Below, in pieces: positions 52,096-64,000 of a stretch of 64,000 nucleotides of DNA. Made by a program: the position numbers and the translations under genes. The notes beneath the pieces are model-generated. The model saw only the letters and a list, made by a program, of their open reading frames with translations. It made no database searches and was not told where the DNA came from. The number at the start of each line of letters is the position of its first letter. Position 1 is the stretch's first letter. The DNA lies in contig CM000151.3 in assembly GCA_000004695.1 (NCBI GenBank), positions 7,136,001 through 7,200,000 of the forward strand, written 5' to 3'. This stretch comes from Dictyostelium discoideum. Lineage: Eukaryota.

Positions 52096-52684
52096 AGGGT
52101 TAGAGGCAGTGTTCCGACTGGGGAGGAGACAATTAGTCACACTTATGAATTCTCAAAAATAACAAAACAATAAACAAAATCATACCTATAATACCTTTCC
52201 ACATGAAAAAAGACCATAAAGTTAACATAGACTACATTCATTCAAAATTTGATGAATCACTTTTTGAATGGTGTTATAAATCATTGGATTATCATCAAAA
52301 GACACACTTTGAATTTGTAACAAAAAGCGATTACAGTAAACAAATTAAAAATATTAAAAATCAAAGACTACTGTATAATAAAATAAACACATGATATTTA
52401 AATCTTGTAGTAAATTTTTTTTTTTTTTTTTTTCAGATATTAATTAATTATTTGCAACTCTTTATTTTTATTAAATAATTATAATAATAATTATAGCTAT
52501 AAAAATAATTCACTGTATTTAAAAATTAAAACTCTTTATTTTACATTTTAAAAATAAAATTCATTAAAAAACTATTAATTAATGATTGTTTCTTTTAATG
52601 AATAAAAAAAAAAGAGTTCAAAGCGTTTTGAAAAAAAAAAAAAAAAAAAAAACAATTCTTATTTTTATATTTTTATTCATTCCT

Positions 52685-52728
<44 letters not shown>

Positions 52729-53018
52729 GTAAGCAAAATATTTCTCTTAAAAAAAAAAATTTCAAAAAAAAAAAAAAATAAATCCTAAAAACCAAGGATA
52801 CCAAAAATGGATCAAAATAAATAAAAAAAATAAATAAAGAAAAATAAAAAAAGGTAAAAAAAGTAATCATCGATGATCAAACAAACAAAGGGGTGTTTTA
52901 AAAAAAAAAAAAAATATTATTTATTTATTATTTTTTTAAATTTTTTAAATAAAATAAATAAAATAAAAATTAATTAAAAAAAAAACAAAACAATTTTTTA
53001 ATGAAAGTCTAATATTTG

Positions 53019-53049
<31 letters not shown>

Positions 53050-53407
53050 GAAAATTGAAATGATAAAAAAAAAAAAAAATTGAAAATTTTAAACAACACC
53101 CCCAACCACCATCTCAAAAAAAAAAATTATCCTTTTTTATTTTTATTATTTTTTTTTTTTTTTTTTTATCATTTTTATAAATAAATATTCATAAATAAAA
53201 AAAAAAAAAAAAAACCAACATCAATTTTTTTTTTATTTTATTTTATATATATTTTTTTTTTTGTACATAGTTATCTATTATATATTTATATATATATACA
53301 TAAAAAATCATATAAATTAATATATATAAAAAAAATAAATTAAATTAAAATTAAATAAAAATAAAAAAATAAAAAAAATAAAAAATAAAATAAAATAAAA
53401 AAAGGGG

Positions 53408-54548
53408 ATGAGTACTAATAATAATAAAGCACCAACATCACAATCAAGTGATAAAAGTGCGACAACAGAATCAAAGTTAAATGATAATGAAAATACAGAA
53501 ACAGAAACCAAAACAGATGAAAACAATGAAGAAAAACCAAAGATGACATTGAAACCACCACAACCAAAAATTGAAAATAAGGTATCAACCATTGATAGAG
53601 TTGTACCAAGTGTAAAATATCCAAAATCTTTACCTCTTCCACATGATGTTTTATTCAATGAAGATAAAACTATAAATTTACCAAAGTTACAAGAACATTT
53701 CTTTGCAGAAGGTAGATTAAATCATGACGATGTTATTGAAATCGTTAAAATGGCAGCTGAAATTTTAGAAAAAGAACCAACTTTAATTCAAGTTGAAGCA
53801 CCAATTACAGGTAATATCTTTTTTTTTAAAAATTTTATTTTTTCATATTTTTTTTTAAAAAAAAAAAAAAAAAAAAAATTGAGATATCTAACAATTAAAT
53901 CTTTTTATTTTTATTTTCTATTTTTATTTTTTATTAAATCACAAAAATAAAAAAAAAAAATAAAAAATAAAAATATTTTTATATATATATAATTTTAGTA
54001 TGTGGTGATACTCATGGTCAATTTTATGATTTAATTAAAATATTTGAAAATGATATTGGTGGTAACCCAGCAAATACAAATTATTTGTTTTTAGGTGATT
54101 ATGTTGACAGAGGTTATTTTTCAATGGAAGTCATCATTTATCTCTATGCTTGTAAAATTAATTATCCAAATACTTTCTTCCTCTTGAGAGGTAATCACGA
54201 ATGTAGACATTTAACAGAATATTTCACTTTTAAAGAAGAATGTAATTATCTAACCTAATTCTTTCATTTATCAATAACCAATCAAAAAAACAATTCTCAG
54301 AGAATTAATTTAATGTATTAATAAATTCTATTTTTTTTTAAATTTTATTTTTAGGTTTACATAAATATTCAGAAGAAGTTTATGATTTCATTACAGAATC
54401 ATTCAATGCATTACCATTAGCAGCTTTAATGAATGGTAAATTCCTTTGTATTCATGGTGGTTTATCACCTGATATTAAAACTGTATGTATATTATTTTTC
54501 AGTCAGTCAGTCAATTAATTAATTAAAATATAAAATATTAATTTTTTA

Positions 54549-54631
<83 letters not shown>

Positions 54632-55733
54632 TTAGTTAGATGATATTGCAAATATTGATAGATTTAAAGAACCACCATCATCAGGACCAATGTGTGATTT
54701 ATTATGGTCAGACCCAATGGAAGAGTTTTCACCAGAGATTAGAGAACATTTTGTACCAAATGATGTTAGAGGTTGTTCATATTTATATAGTTATAGAGCA
54801 GTTTGTTCATTCCTTCAAAAGAATAAGTTATTATCAGTGATTAGAGCACATGAAGCACAGAATGCAGGTTATAAAATGCATTTACAAAATGATGCAACCG
54901 GATTCCCATCAGTGATAACATTATTCTCTGCACCAAATTATTTGGACGCCTACAACAACAAGGGTGCAGTATTACGTTATGAAAACAATGTTATGAACAT
55001 TCGTCAATTCACCTGTTCACCTCATCCTTATTGGTTACCAAATTTCATGGATGTTTTCACTTGGTCAATGCCATTCGTTTCAGAGAAAGTAGCAGAGATG
55101 TTATTGGTTCTCTTGAATCTTTGCAATGATGAAGAGGCTGAAAAGAATGAAAATGCTCAAACCGTTAAAGACACCTCTGAAGAGGAGAAAAGAAGACAAA
55201 TGCTTCGTGCCAAAGTTAAATCTGTTAGTAAAATGATGAGAATGTTCTCTTTGTTAAGACAAGAGCGTGAAACCATCATGATGATCAAATCATTCTCTCC
55301 CTCTAGAAAGATTCCTCAAGGTTTATTAACCGAGGGTAAAGACGCCTTGAAAAAGGCTTTAGGTGACTTTGCTCAAGCTCGTAAAATGGATCTAATCAAT
55401 GAAAAACGTCCACCAATCTTGGATAGAGTAAACTCTCGTGGTGAATTGCTAAGAATGAATAGTCGTGGTGAATTATTTAGAATTAACTCTAAAGGTGATC
55501 TTTTCCGTAGTAATAGTTATGCTGATTTAAAACCACCACAAGGTCCACAAGAAACTATTAAAATCACTGAATGTCATGAACAAAACATCACTACTAATAA
55601 TATTAATCCAAATTCAATAACTACAAATGAAAATAATTCAAATGAACAATTACAACAACAACAACAACAGCAACAACAACAACAACCACCAACTACTACT
55701 TCAACAACAACCCAAACTGAAGTTGCTAAATAA
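53408..55733 (+). CDS. canA: calcineurin A catalytic subunit (protein phosphatase 2B), 623 aa, four exons
   Basis: Exons are 53408..53810, 53999..54241, 54355..54482 and 54636..55733, with GTAATA, GTAATT and GTATGT donors, and are phase-consistent. The junctions recreate the conserved [47 protein letters not shown] and [14 protein letters not shown]...MCDLLWSDP motifs. The C-terminus carries the calmodulin-binding and autoinhibitory regions and a poly-Q tract. The length matches the reported Dictyostelium CanA. Confidence 0.93.
54553..54633. repeat. (TTA)n microsatellite in canA intron 3
   Basis: About 27 TTA units, read directly. Confidence 0.9.
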
Positions 55734-55922
55734 TAATTATAATATATTTTTATAATTTCCAAGAAGAAAAAAAAATATTTTAAAATAAAAAGATTTATAT
55801 AAATAAAAAAAAAAAAGTTAAATAAAAGAATTATTATTATTAGTATTATTTCTTAAAATAAAATAATAAAAATATAATAATAATAAAGTAATTTTTAAAA
55901 TTAAAAGAATAGAGAATTTAAT

Positions 55923-56185
55923 TTATTTTGAAAAGAATTTTTGTAAATCTTGTAAATTTAAGGAAACTGATTTTGATTCGAAATTAATTAAATCCTTCTT
56001 TACATCTGCTGAAAATTCACTTTCCCAAGTCAAAAGGGTTTGATTTGATTCAGTAATACGAATTAATTTAATGGTGCTAATGTAGGCAGTAACCTAAAAA
56101 AAATTTTGTTTTTTTTTTTTTTTTTTTATTATTTAAAAAAAAAGAAAATAGTTAGTATAAATTAATTAAAACTTTTTTAATAATG

Positions 56186-56220
<35 letters not shown>

Positions 56221-56573
56221 TATAAAAATAATATTACTTCAGCAGTTTGTTCACTTTCAATTAATTCATAAATGATTTTATGTGAAAGATCAGAGAGTTC
56301 TAATAATCTTTGTTTATTGGTTTCACCAGTTTTCCACTTTAAAACACGGATGGCTCCAACAGTGGTTGGTGTTGAGTCACCTTCAATAATTGAACTTTCG
56401 ATTACTGGGAAGATTTTTGATGGGAAATCGAAATTACGTAAAACATTCCATACTATTTTATTATTTAATTTTTTAATTTTTTTTTTTTTTTTATTATTAT
56501 TTTTTTTAGTTTTAGATAGTTATTAATAACTTTAAATTTTCCTTTATATGTTTTTATTTTAATTATTTATCAT

Positions 56574-56604
<31 letters not shown>

Positions 56605-56661
56605 TTTACCTTTGTCTATGTTTTCATTTAAAATTGCAGATTTTTGTACTCTTGTTGACAT
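55923..56661 (-). CDS. SRPBCC/Bet-v1-like (polyketide-cyclase fold) small protein, about 145 aa, three exons
   Basis: Exon 1 is 56610..56661 (MSTRVQKSAILNENIDK plus one nucleotide) with a GTAAAT donor. Exon 2 is 56238..56452 (VWNVLRNFDFPSKIFPVIESSIIEGDSTPTTVGAIRVLKWKTGETNKQRLLELSDLSHKIIYELIESEQTAE) with a GTAATA donor. Exon 3 is 55923..56093 (VTAYISTIKLIRITESNQTLLTWESEFSADVKKDLINFESKSVSLNLQDLQKFFSK*). Confidence 0.65.
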
Positions 56662-57757
56662 TGTGTTATTATTTGTGTGAAAAAAAAAAAAAAAAATAAT
56701 AAAAATTAAAAATTTTAATAATGTGAAATTAAAAAAAAAAATTTAAAAAAAAAAAAAATAAAATAAAATTAAAATTAAATTAAATTTTAAAAGATTTGAT
56801 GTTCATCCATTGCCATTTTTTATCAAAAGATTTTTTTTTTTTTTTTTTTTTTGATTGAACATTATATATCTTTTATTTTTTATGTATCTTTTATTTTTTT
56901 TTTATTGGTTCTTCCCCTCTGTTTTTTTTTTTTTAAAAAATTAAATATATTTTATTTATTTATTTATAACTTTATTTTATTTTAAATTCATTTTAAAATA
57001 CAAATTTAATAATTATTCAAGAAAAAAAAAAAAAATAATAACAATTATCAATAATATTATTTTAAATTAACCCTATTATTCGCCATAAAAAAAAAAAAAA
57101 AAAAAAAAAAAAGATAATTATCCAAGAAAAAATAAATAAAAATAAAAACAATGTGATGGTTTTACAATAATTCATATGAATTTTTTCTATCAATCAAATT
57201 GCAACATTAATGAGTAAATCTACTTAAAAATAATACTGTTATTATCATTTACAAATTCTTATAAAAAAAATAAAAAAAAAAATTAAAATAATAAAAAAGA
57301 AAATGAATATTTAAAATAAAACCCACTACCACTAACCTATAAATAATTAAAATATTAATAACTACAAAAAAATAGAAAAAAAAAAAAAATAATAATAATA
57401 TTAAAATAATAAAATTATCATACACAGAATAATTACTATGGGGAAAATTTAGTTTACAAATTTTTATTATTATTATTTAACCCATTTTTGTTTCTATGGA
57501 AGAATGTTTTTTTCCATATAATTTTGGAAGTGTGAGTTTGCGCAGTGTGTTAGTGTGGGTTTAATGAGAGTGTTTTTTTTTTTTTTTTTTTTTTTTTTTT
57601 GAACGTACATATTTATTTGTTTTTATTAATATTTCATAAATGAATTTGTAAATATAAAAATAAATTGTTTTTTTTTATTTTATTTTTTTGATTATGACAA
57701 TAATTTCAATAAAATGTAAAATATGATAAAAATAATTTTAATTATTGAAACACACAC

Positions 57758-57960
57758 ACTCACTCACTTTTTCCCACTAGTATTACACTTTCCAATGAAA
57801 AATAAATTAATATTGAAAAATAAAAAAATGGAAAAAAATGAAAAATAAAAATAATTAAATAAACAATAATATTACAAACACACTATTTCTTTCTCTCACC
57901 CACACAACCAATATACTAACACTTCTCATACACCCACCAACACACCTACACCCAGTTCAA
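57758..57960 (+). promoter_or_regulatory. CA-rich (CACACAC/CACCC) element cluster about 420-620 bp upstream of the spore-coat-like gene
   Basis: Examples are acacacactcactcac, ctctcacccacacaacc and catacacccaccaacacacctacaccc. These are C-rich in a genome of about 22% GC. They resemble the CAE/G-box-binding-factor elements of prespore cot-gene promoters. A GT-rich counterpart lies at 57520-57560. Confidence 0.5.
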
Positions 57961-58375
57961 CACATTCATACACAAAGTTTAATATTACACTTTAAAAAAC
58001 ATTCATATTAATGATTTTTATGATTTATTTATTTATTAATTTATTTAATTGTGTATTTTGATTATTGCTCTCTACTTTTTATATATTTTTTTTCAAATTT
58101 TATTATTATTTCAATTATTATTATTTTTTCCAGTACAAAGTACAAAAAAAAAAAAAAAAAAAAAAAAACCAAAAAAAAAAAAAAATTATTTATATTATTA
58201 CAAATAAAACAGTAACATTAAATATTAATAATTAGATACATTGAAAAAAAAAGAAATAATAATAATTAAGAATAAAAAAAAAAAAAAACTATAATAACAT
58301 TTCAATTGTATTTAAAAAAAAAAAAAAAATCTCATATACATATACCATTAATATAGTAAAAGTACCAGTAATAAA

Positions 58376-58698
58376 ATGAGAATATTAAAATTGGCAGCAC
58401 TTAGTTGCTTATTATTTATAGCACCATCACTTTCAATTAGTAAGTTTTTAGATTTATTTTTTATTATAAAAATAAATTAGATTTTTTCTTTTTTAAGATT
58501 AAAAAATAATTGGATTTATTTTAAAAAATAAATAATAAATATTAAACTATAATAAAATATAAAATAATAATAAATTAAAAACAATTACATAATATGAATT
58601 AAAATAATAACATAATTAAAATAAAATAAAAATAAAATAATAATAATAAAAATAATAATAATATATAAAAATATATAAAGTTAATAAAATTAAAATAT

Positions 58699-58737
<39 letters not shown>

Positions 58738-60288
58738 GATTGCGATGGTTTATCAAAAGATCAATGTGAACAAAACTTTCCTCAATGTCAAATTTTAACT
58801 GCAAAGAGTTGTTGTGGTGAAAGTAAATCATATTGTGCTGAAAGAGATAGTAACGATTGTCTTGCTAGTAAAATTTCATGTAAAAAGGATCCTCAAGGTA
58901 ATATTTATGAATTTTGGAGTAGTTGTACACCAAGTAGTGGTTTCACAGATTTTATTCCATCCAATGCAACATGTTCATCATTAAATTGTAATGCTCAACA
59001 AATGAGTTGCAAATATGTTCAACAAGCATGTCATGAAACATCATGTTGTCCTGATATTCCTCAATGTCAAATTCCTGCAACTGGCGGTGGCCCAGCTACT
59101 GGAAGTGCAACTGGTCAAGGCACATCAGGTGGTACACCAGGTTCTTGTGATAAAGTTAATTGTCCAAATGGTTACATTTGTACAATAGTAAATCAATTAG
59201 CAGTATGTGTTTCTCCATCATCCTCTTCGTCAAGTTCTTCATCAACCACTGGCTCACATACTACCACTGGTGGTTCAACCACTGGCTCACATACTACTAC
59301 TGGTGGTTCAACCACTGGCTCACATACTACTACTGGTGGTTCAACCACTGGCTCACATACTACTACTGGTGGTTCAACCACTGGCTCACATACTACTACT
59401 GGTGGTTCAACTACTGGTCCAACATGTGGTAATGTTAACTGCCCAAGAGGTTACCATTGTGAAGTTAGAGGTTCCCAAGCTGTTTGTGTTGCCGATGAAT
59501 TTGACTCATGTGCCAATGTTGATTGTGGTTCAGGTTACCATTGTAAGAATGGTGAATGTATTCGTGATAAAGTAGAATGCGATGCATGTGATCAAATTAA
59601 CTGCCCAAAGGGTCATCATTGTATATCTCAACCAAAAGGTGGCTGGATTGGTTCCCATAAGAAACGTCACTGGCAATTACACCCAGAACATTGTGGCGGA
59701 CGTCCAAATAAGATTAAAGTCATCTGTGTTCCATCACCAAAAGGTACTTGCAAGACTGTTCAATGTCCAAAAGGTTACAAATGCAAACTCTATGCTGATG
59801 GTCCAACATGTGTAAAGATTGAAAAACCAAAATGTCTCACTTGTAAAGATATGCATTGTGAGTCAAATGGATTACTCTGTGTCTTGACTCCACAAAAGAA
59901 GACTGATGAAGAATGTTGTCCAATTATTCCAATCTGTATCAATCCATCAACTATTGCCGCATCCACTATTGCCACTACAACTGCATCAACTCGTCACTCA
60001 ACTGCCTCAACAATTGCCTCATTAGTCACTGGTACCACAAGTGGTGGTGGTGGTATGGGTTCATTTGGTGGTCGATCCGATGAAGAATCAAGTGATCCAA
60101 ATGCTATACTTGGTCTCTTTGAAGACGATATTTTCTGGGGTGATAATGATGAATACTTTAGTGATAACTACCGTTATGTTGATGAAGAAGATATTGATGA
60201 AGATTTCAATGGTAATGATGAATTTGAAATTGATGTTGAAGGTGATTTCCAAGAAGATGATTTCGAAGAAGAATATGCATTTTATTAA
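58376..60288 (+). CDS. secreted spore-coat/EcmA-type Cys-rich repeat protein with five TTGSHTTTGGS mucin-like repeats and an acidic C-terminus (about 537 aa, two exons)
   Basis: Exon 1 is 58376..58439 (signal peptide MRILKLAALSCLLFIAPSLSI) with a GTAAGT donor. The intron ends at AG 58737-38. Exon 2 is 58739..60288, continuous with ORF 59002. Repeated CxxxNCP(N/R/K)GYxC...C modules occur (VNCPNGYICT, VNCPRGYHCEV, VDCGSGYHCKNGEC, INCPKGHHC, VQCPKGYKCK). Confidence 0.75.
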
Positions 60289-60408
60289 ATTAAACTTTTT
60301 TTCATAAAAAAATAATAATAATAATTTAATAACTAATCATTATCATCAATAATAACATTATAATATTACTTTAATAACAATACTTTTTTTTAATATTCAA
60401 AGACTTTA

Positions 60409-60441
<33 letters not shown>

Positions 60442-60604
60442 AAACCATAAACAAAACTAAAAATAAATTAAAAAAAAAAATAAAAAAAAAAAAAAAAAAA
60501 AAAACTAAAAATACAATTATTTTATTATTTAAATAAATAATTGTATTATAATTTGTATTTTTGTGTTTTTGTTTTTTTTATTTCTTTAAAATGATTTATA
60601 ACTT

Positions 60605-62419
60605 TTATTTTTTATAAAGGAAAATAACATTTTCCTTAAATGATAAAAGATCATTTAAAACATTTGTATTAAAAGGTTCATTACCATTATATAAATCATT
60701 AAATAATTGTTTTTGAACTGTGAAAACGAATTTAGTATGTTTCAAATCAGTGATTTGTGGATTATCAACTAATATTGATTGAATTGTTGGTGTATCATCA
60801 TGAGCATAAGAACCATCATCCATTATACTTTCAACATGAAAATATTTTGTAATTTTTTTATTGATTGATGAAATATATCTAATGAGTTGATCAGAATTTA
60901 AACCTAATATTGATAATTTTCTTAACGGTGCAATTGATGAAATCATTGAACCAAACTCTTTAACGAATGCATTGGATAACTTTATCGATCTTTGTTTTCT
61001 TTGAGAGAATTCCATAACTTCGCCATTCTCTTTACATTCTTGACCAATATGTAATGATTCCAATGAATTATGATTCTCTATAATTGAACGAAAATGTAAC
61101 CATTCATTTCTAAATACTCGAATTTCTTTTGCTTCATCCTCATCCTCTTCTATACCTTCTTGATTTGGTTTTTCATCTTCCATACTATCATTAAATTCAC
61201 TATTATTATAATAATTTATATTTGTTTTACTAAATATTAAACTATGACATGTACATTTAATAATTTTATTACAATCATCATTATTATTATTATCATCATC
61301 ATCAGACTCATCAGAGTCATCAATATCCATATCATCACTTTCATCACTATCACTATCACTATCACTATCATCTTCATCTTTATTACCTTGATTATTTGAT
61401 TTTTTATTTCTTCTAACTTGATTTATTTGTTTCATAATAAGTTTTTCAACCATATCATATCTTTTATTCTTTTTAATTTTATTATGATTATTATTATTAT
61501 TATTATTACTATCAATATTATTAATATCATCAATATTTAATATTTTATTTAAAAAATAAATAAATTTATCTAAACAAATACTAAATGAGAAATGTTTTAA
61601 ATTCCGTGAAGATTTTAAAAGTGTTGATAAAGTTGATAAACGTAAATCAATACCATAGATTTCATAATATTGTATATTTGAAAGGTAACCTGATAATGAT
61701 AATGATTTCCAAGGGAATGGTGGAATTGATGATGAATGAGATACAACATAAAACTGATGAATACTTTGATTCCAATGTTTGAGAGTATCAATGATGATCT
61801 CTTTAGATTGACAATTGTTTATAATTAATGAGAATACTTTTGAAACTGTTGATTTTAAATGGTCCAATTTCAATTGATCGGTATCTGAATGAATTTCAAC
61901 TTCCAGCACTTCCAAACCACCAGGTCTACTAATAGAATTGCAATCTATTAAATCTAAGAAATTCAACTCGTGACTTTCACTACCATTAATATTAATATTT
62001 CTAAATATCAATGACTCTAATTGATTCATAGTTTTAATTGTATCTGATATCTCTTGATTTTCAATTGGTGTTTCAACGCCTCTTATCATTTTATAATAAT
62101 AGTTACTTGGATGATTGAAATGTAATTTCAAAATTTGCATATTCTCTCTTTTATTTATCGAATATTCACTATCACTAAAATTGAAATCCACTGAAACATA
62201 AAGATTCTCTGATACTGTTTTAAACCATAACTTACAAACTAATGACAGTTTCATTGTTAATTTCTTTATTATACTTTCATGACTTCTATAATCTAAATCT
62301 ATTGTTATTGGCTCAATAACTCTATTCTTTTCATTTATAAATTCACATAATATTTTAATAATTTGTTTTTGTAAATAAACTGGTAATATTGGTATAATTT
62401 TATTATTATTATTATTCAT
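60605..62419 (-). CDS. hypothetical 604-aa protein with an N-terminal F-box-like segment and a D/E/S-rich acidic low-complexity region
   Basis: Single long ORF with no in-frame stops. Identity rests on the ORF and composition only. Confidence 0.6.
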   Translation of the reverse strand: MNNNNNKIIPILPVYLQKQIIKILCEFINEKNRVIEPITIDLDYRSHESIIKKLTMKLSLVCKLWFKTVSENLYVSVDFNFSDSEYSINKRENMQILKLHFNHPSNYYYKMIRGVETPIENQEISDTIKTMNQLESLIFRNININGSESHELNFLDLIDCNSISRPGGLEVLEVEIHSDTDQLKLDHLKSTVSKVFSLIINNCQSKEIIIDTLKHWNQSIHQFYVVSHSSSIPPFPWKSLSLSGYLSNIQYYEIYGIDLRLSTLSTLLKSSRNLKHFSFSICLDKFIYFLNKILNIDDINNIDSNNNNNNNHNKIKKNKRYDMVEKLIMKQINQVRRNKKSNNQGNKDEDDSDSDSDSDESDDMDIDDSDESDDDDNNNNDDCNKIIKCTCHSLIFSKTNINYYNNSEFNDSMEDEKPNQEGIEEDEDEAKEIRVFRNEWLHFRSIIENHNSLESLHIGQECKENGEVMEFSQRKQRSIKLSNAFVKEFGSMISSIAPLRKLSILGLNSDQLIRYISSINKKITKYFHVESIMDDGSYAHDDTPTIQSILVDNPQITDLKHTKFVFTVQKQLFNDLYNGNEPFNTNVLNDLLSFKENVIFLYKK

Positions 62420-62771
62420 ATTTATAAATTACAACTTTAAAATATAAAAAAAAATGAATAAAAAAAAAAAAAAAAATAAAAAAAAAATAAAAAAAAATAC
62501 AAACGATTTTAAAAAAAAAAAAAAAAATTTCAAAATAAAATATAAAAAAAAGAATAAATTGGGTTTACGTTTTTAAAATAAATTCAAATAATGAATTTGT
62601 TAAAATGACTTAAAAAATTAAATAAAAAAAATTTCAAAATAAAATATAAAAATAAAATACGCATTTGGGGGTTTTTTTTAGTTTTTGTTTTAATTGGGTA
62701 TGGCATAGTACGTCCTCTAATCATGAAAAACACATACTAGATAAGCATTATGATATTTTCAAGAAAATTGT

Positions 62772-63606
<835 letters not shown>

Positions 63607-64000
63607 TATGCTATTTCCAAATTCAAACAAATAATAACAAAGAAAAAAAAAAAAAAAATGATTTCGAAAAATTAATGTCATACCCTCGTGCGCTCGCGCA
63701 AAAAAAAAAAAAAAAAAATCAAAAAATTAAAAAAAATTAAAAATTTCAGGTCAATTTTTTACAAAACTTTTACATAGGATTGTAAATCTTTTTTTTTTTT
63801 TTATTTTTTTTTTTTATTTTTTAATTTTTTCAAATTAATCCTCATATAACAAATTTGGGTAAATCTTTTTCCATGGAAAAAAAAAAAAATAAAAAAAAAA
63901 TAAAAAAAAATAAAAATAAAAATAAAAAAAATCACTCAAAGATATCTTTTTTTTTTTTTTTTTTTTTTTCTGATTAAATAATTTTAATTTTCTTACTTAA

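Noticed and set aside
51925-52140. Minus-strand ORF of 71 aa
   Set aside because: It overlaps tRNA-Phe and the ex-B box, which makes coding implausible.
52203-52394. 63-aa ORF downstream of tRNA-Phe as a bona fide gene
   Set aside because: It has no recognisable motif or splice context. It is more likely part of a degraded tRNA-associated repeat, and is noted only within a finding.
53317-53658. Minus-strand ORFs (113 and 75 aa) opposite canA exon 1
   Set aside because: They are antisense to a strongly supported conserved exon, and their composition is hydrophobic poly-F/L.
59160-59575. Three overlapping ORFs (59160.., 59193.. on the minus strand, and 59207..)
   Set aside because: They are other frames and the other strand of the 33-bp tandem repeat inside the spore-coat-like CDS.

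Overview
Nuclear genomic DNA of a Dictyostelium discoideum-type genome. It is extremely AT-rich, with poly-Asn/Gln coding tracts, short AT-rich introns using GTAAGT/GTATGT donors and (t/a)nAG acceptors, and long oligo(A)/(T) intergenic runs. Gene models were built by reading splice sites against the six-frame ORF track; note that several ORF-track 'M' residues are GTG/TTG codons internal to exons. Recognisable genes are tyrosyl-tRNA synthetase, an RCC1-repeat protein, a FNIP-repeat protein, GPI-specific phospholipase D, calcineurin A (canA, 623 aa), a Pmp3-type proteolipid, a small RRM protein, a ubiquitin-S27a fusion, an SRPBCC/Bet-v1-like protein, a spore-coat/EcmA-type Cys-rich secreted protein, a large polytopic membrane protein, a tRNA-Phe(GAA) gene with a downstream ex-B box, and a TRE5-like retroelement remnant about 48 bp upstream of that tRNA. 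The most notable structure lies at 7.8-27.7 kb, with two diverged paralogs at 36.7-38.7 kb: a head-to-tail tandem array of at least six near-identical two-exon genes encoding small hydrophilic LEA-like 11-mer-repeat proteins. The paralogs differ in internal repeat number (145, 174, 185 and 225 aa). They are interleaved with a roughly 2-kb non-coding element bounded by about 150-bp imperfect inverted repeats that share a perfectly conserved 23-bp palindromic core; those inverted repeats look like relics of an acidic C-terminal exon, and similar GC-containing direct motifs flank them. A 100-N assembly gap interrupts the array. Other findings are a triplicated secreted Cys-rich gene whose middle copy is frameshifted, a cluster of 48-bp palindromic units, a 112-bp inverted duplication, and CA-rich elements in the spore-coat-like promoter.
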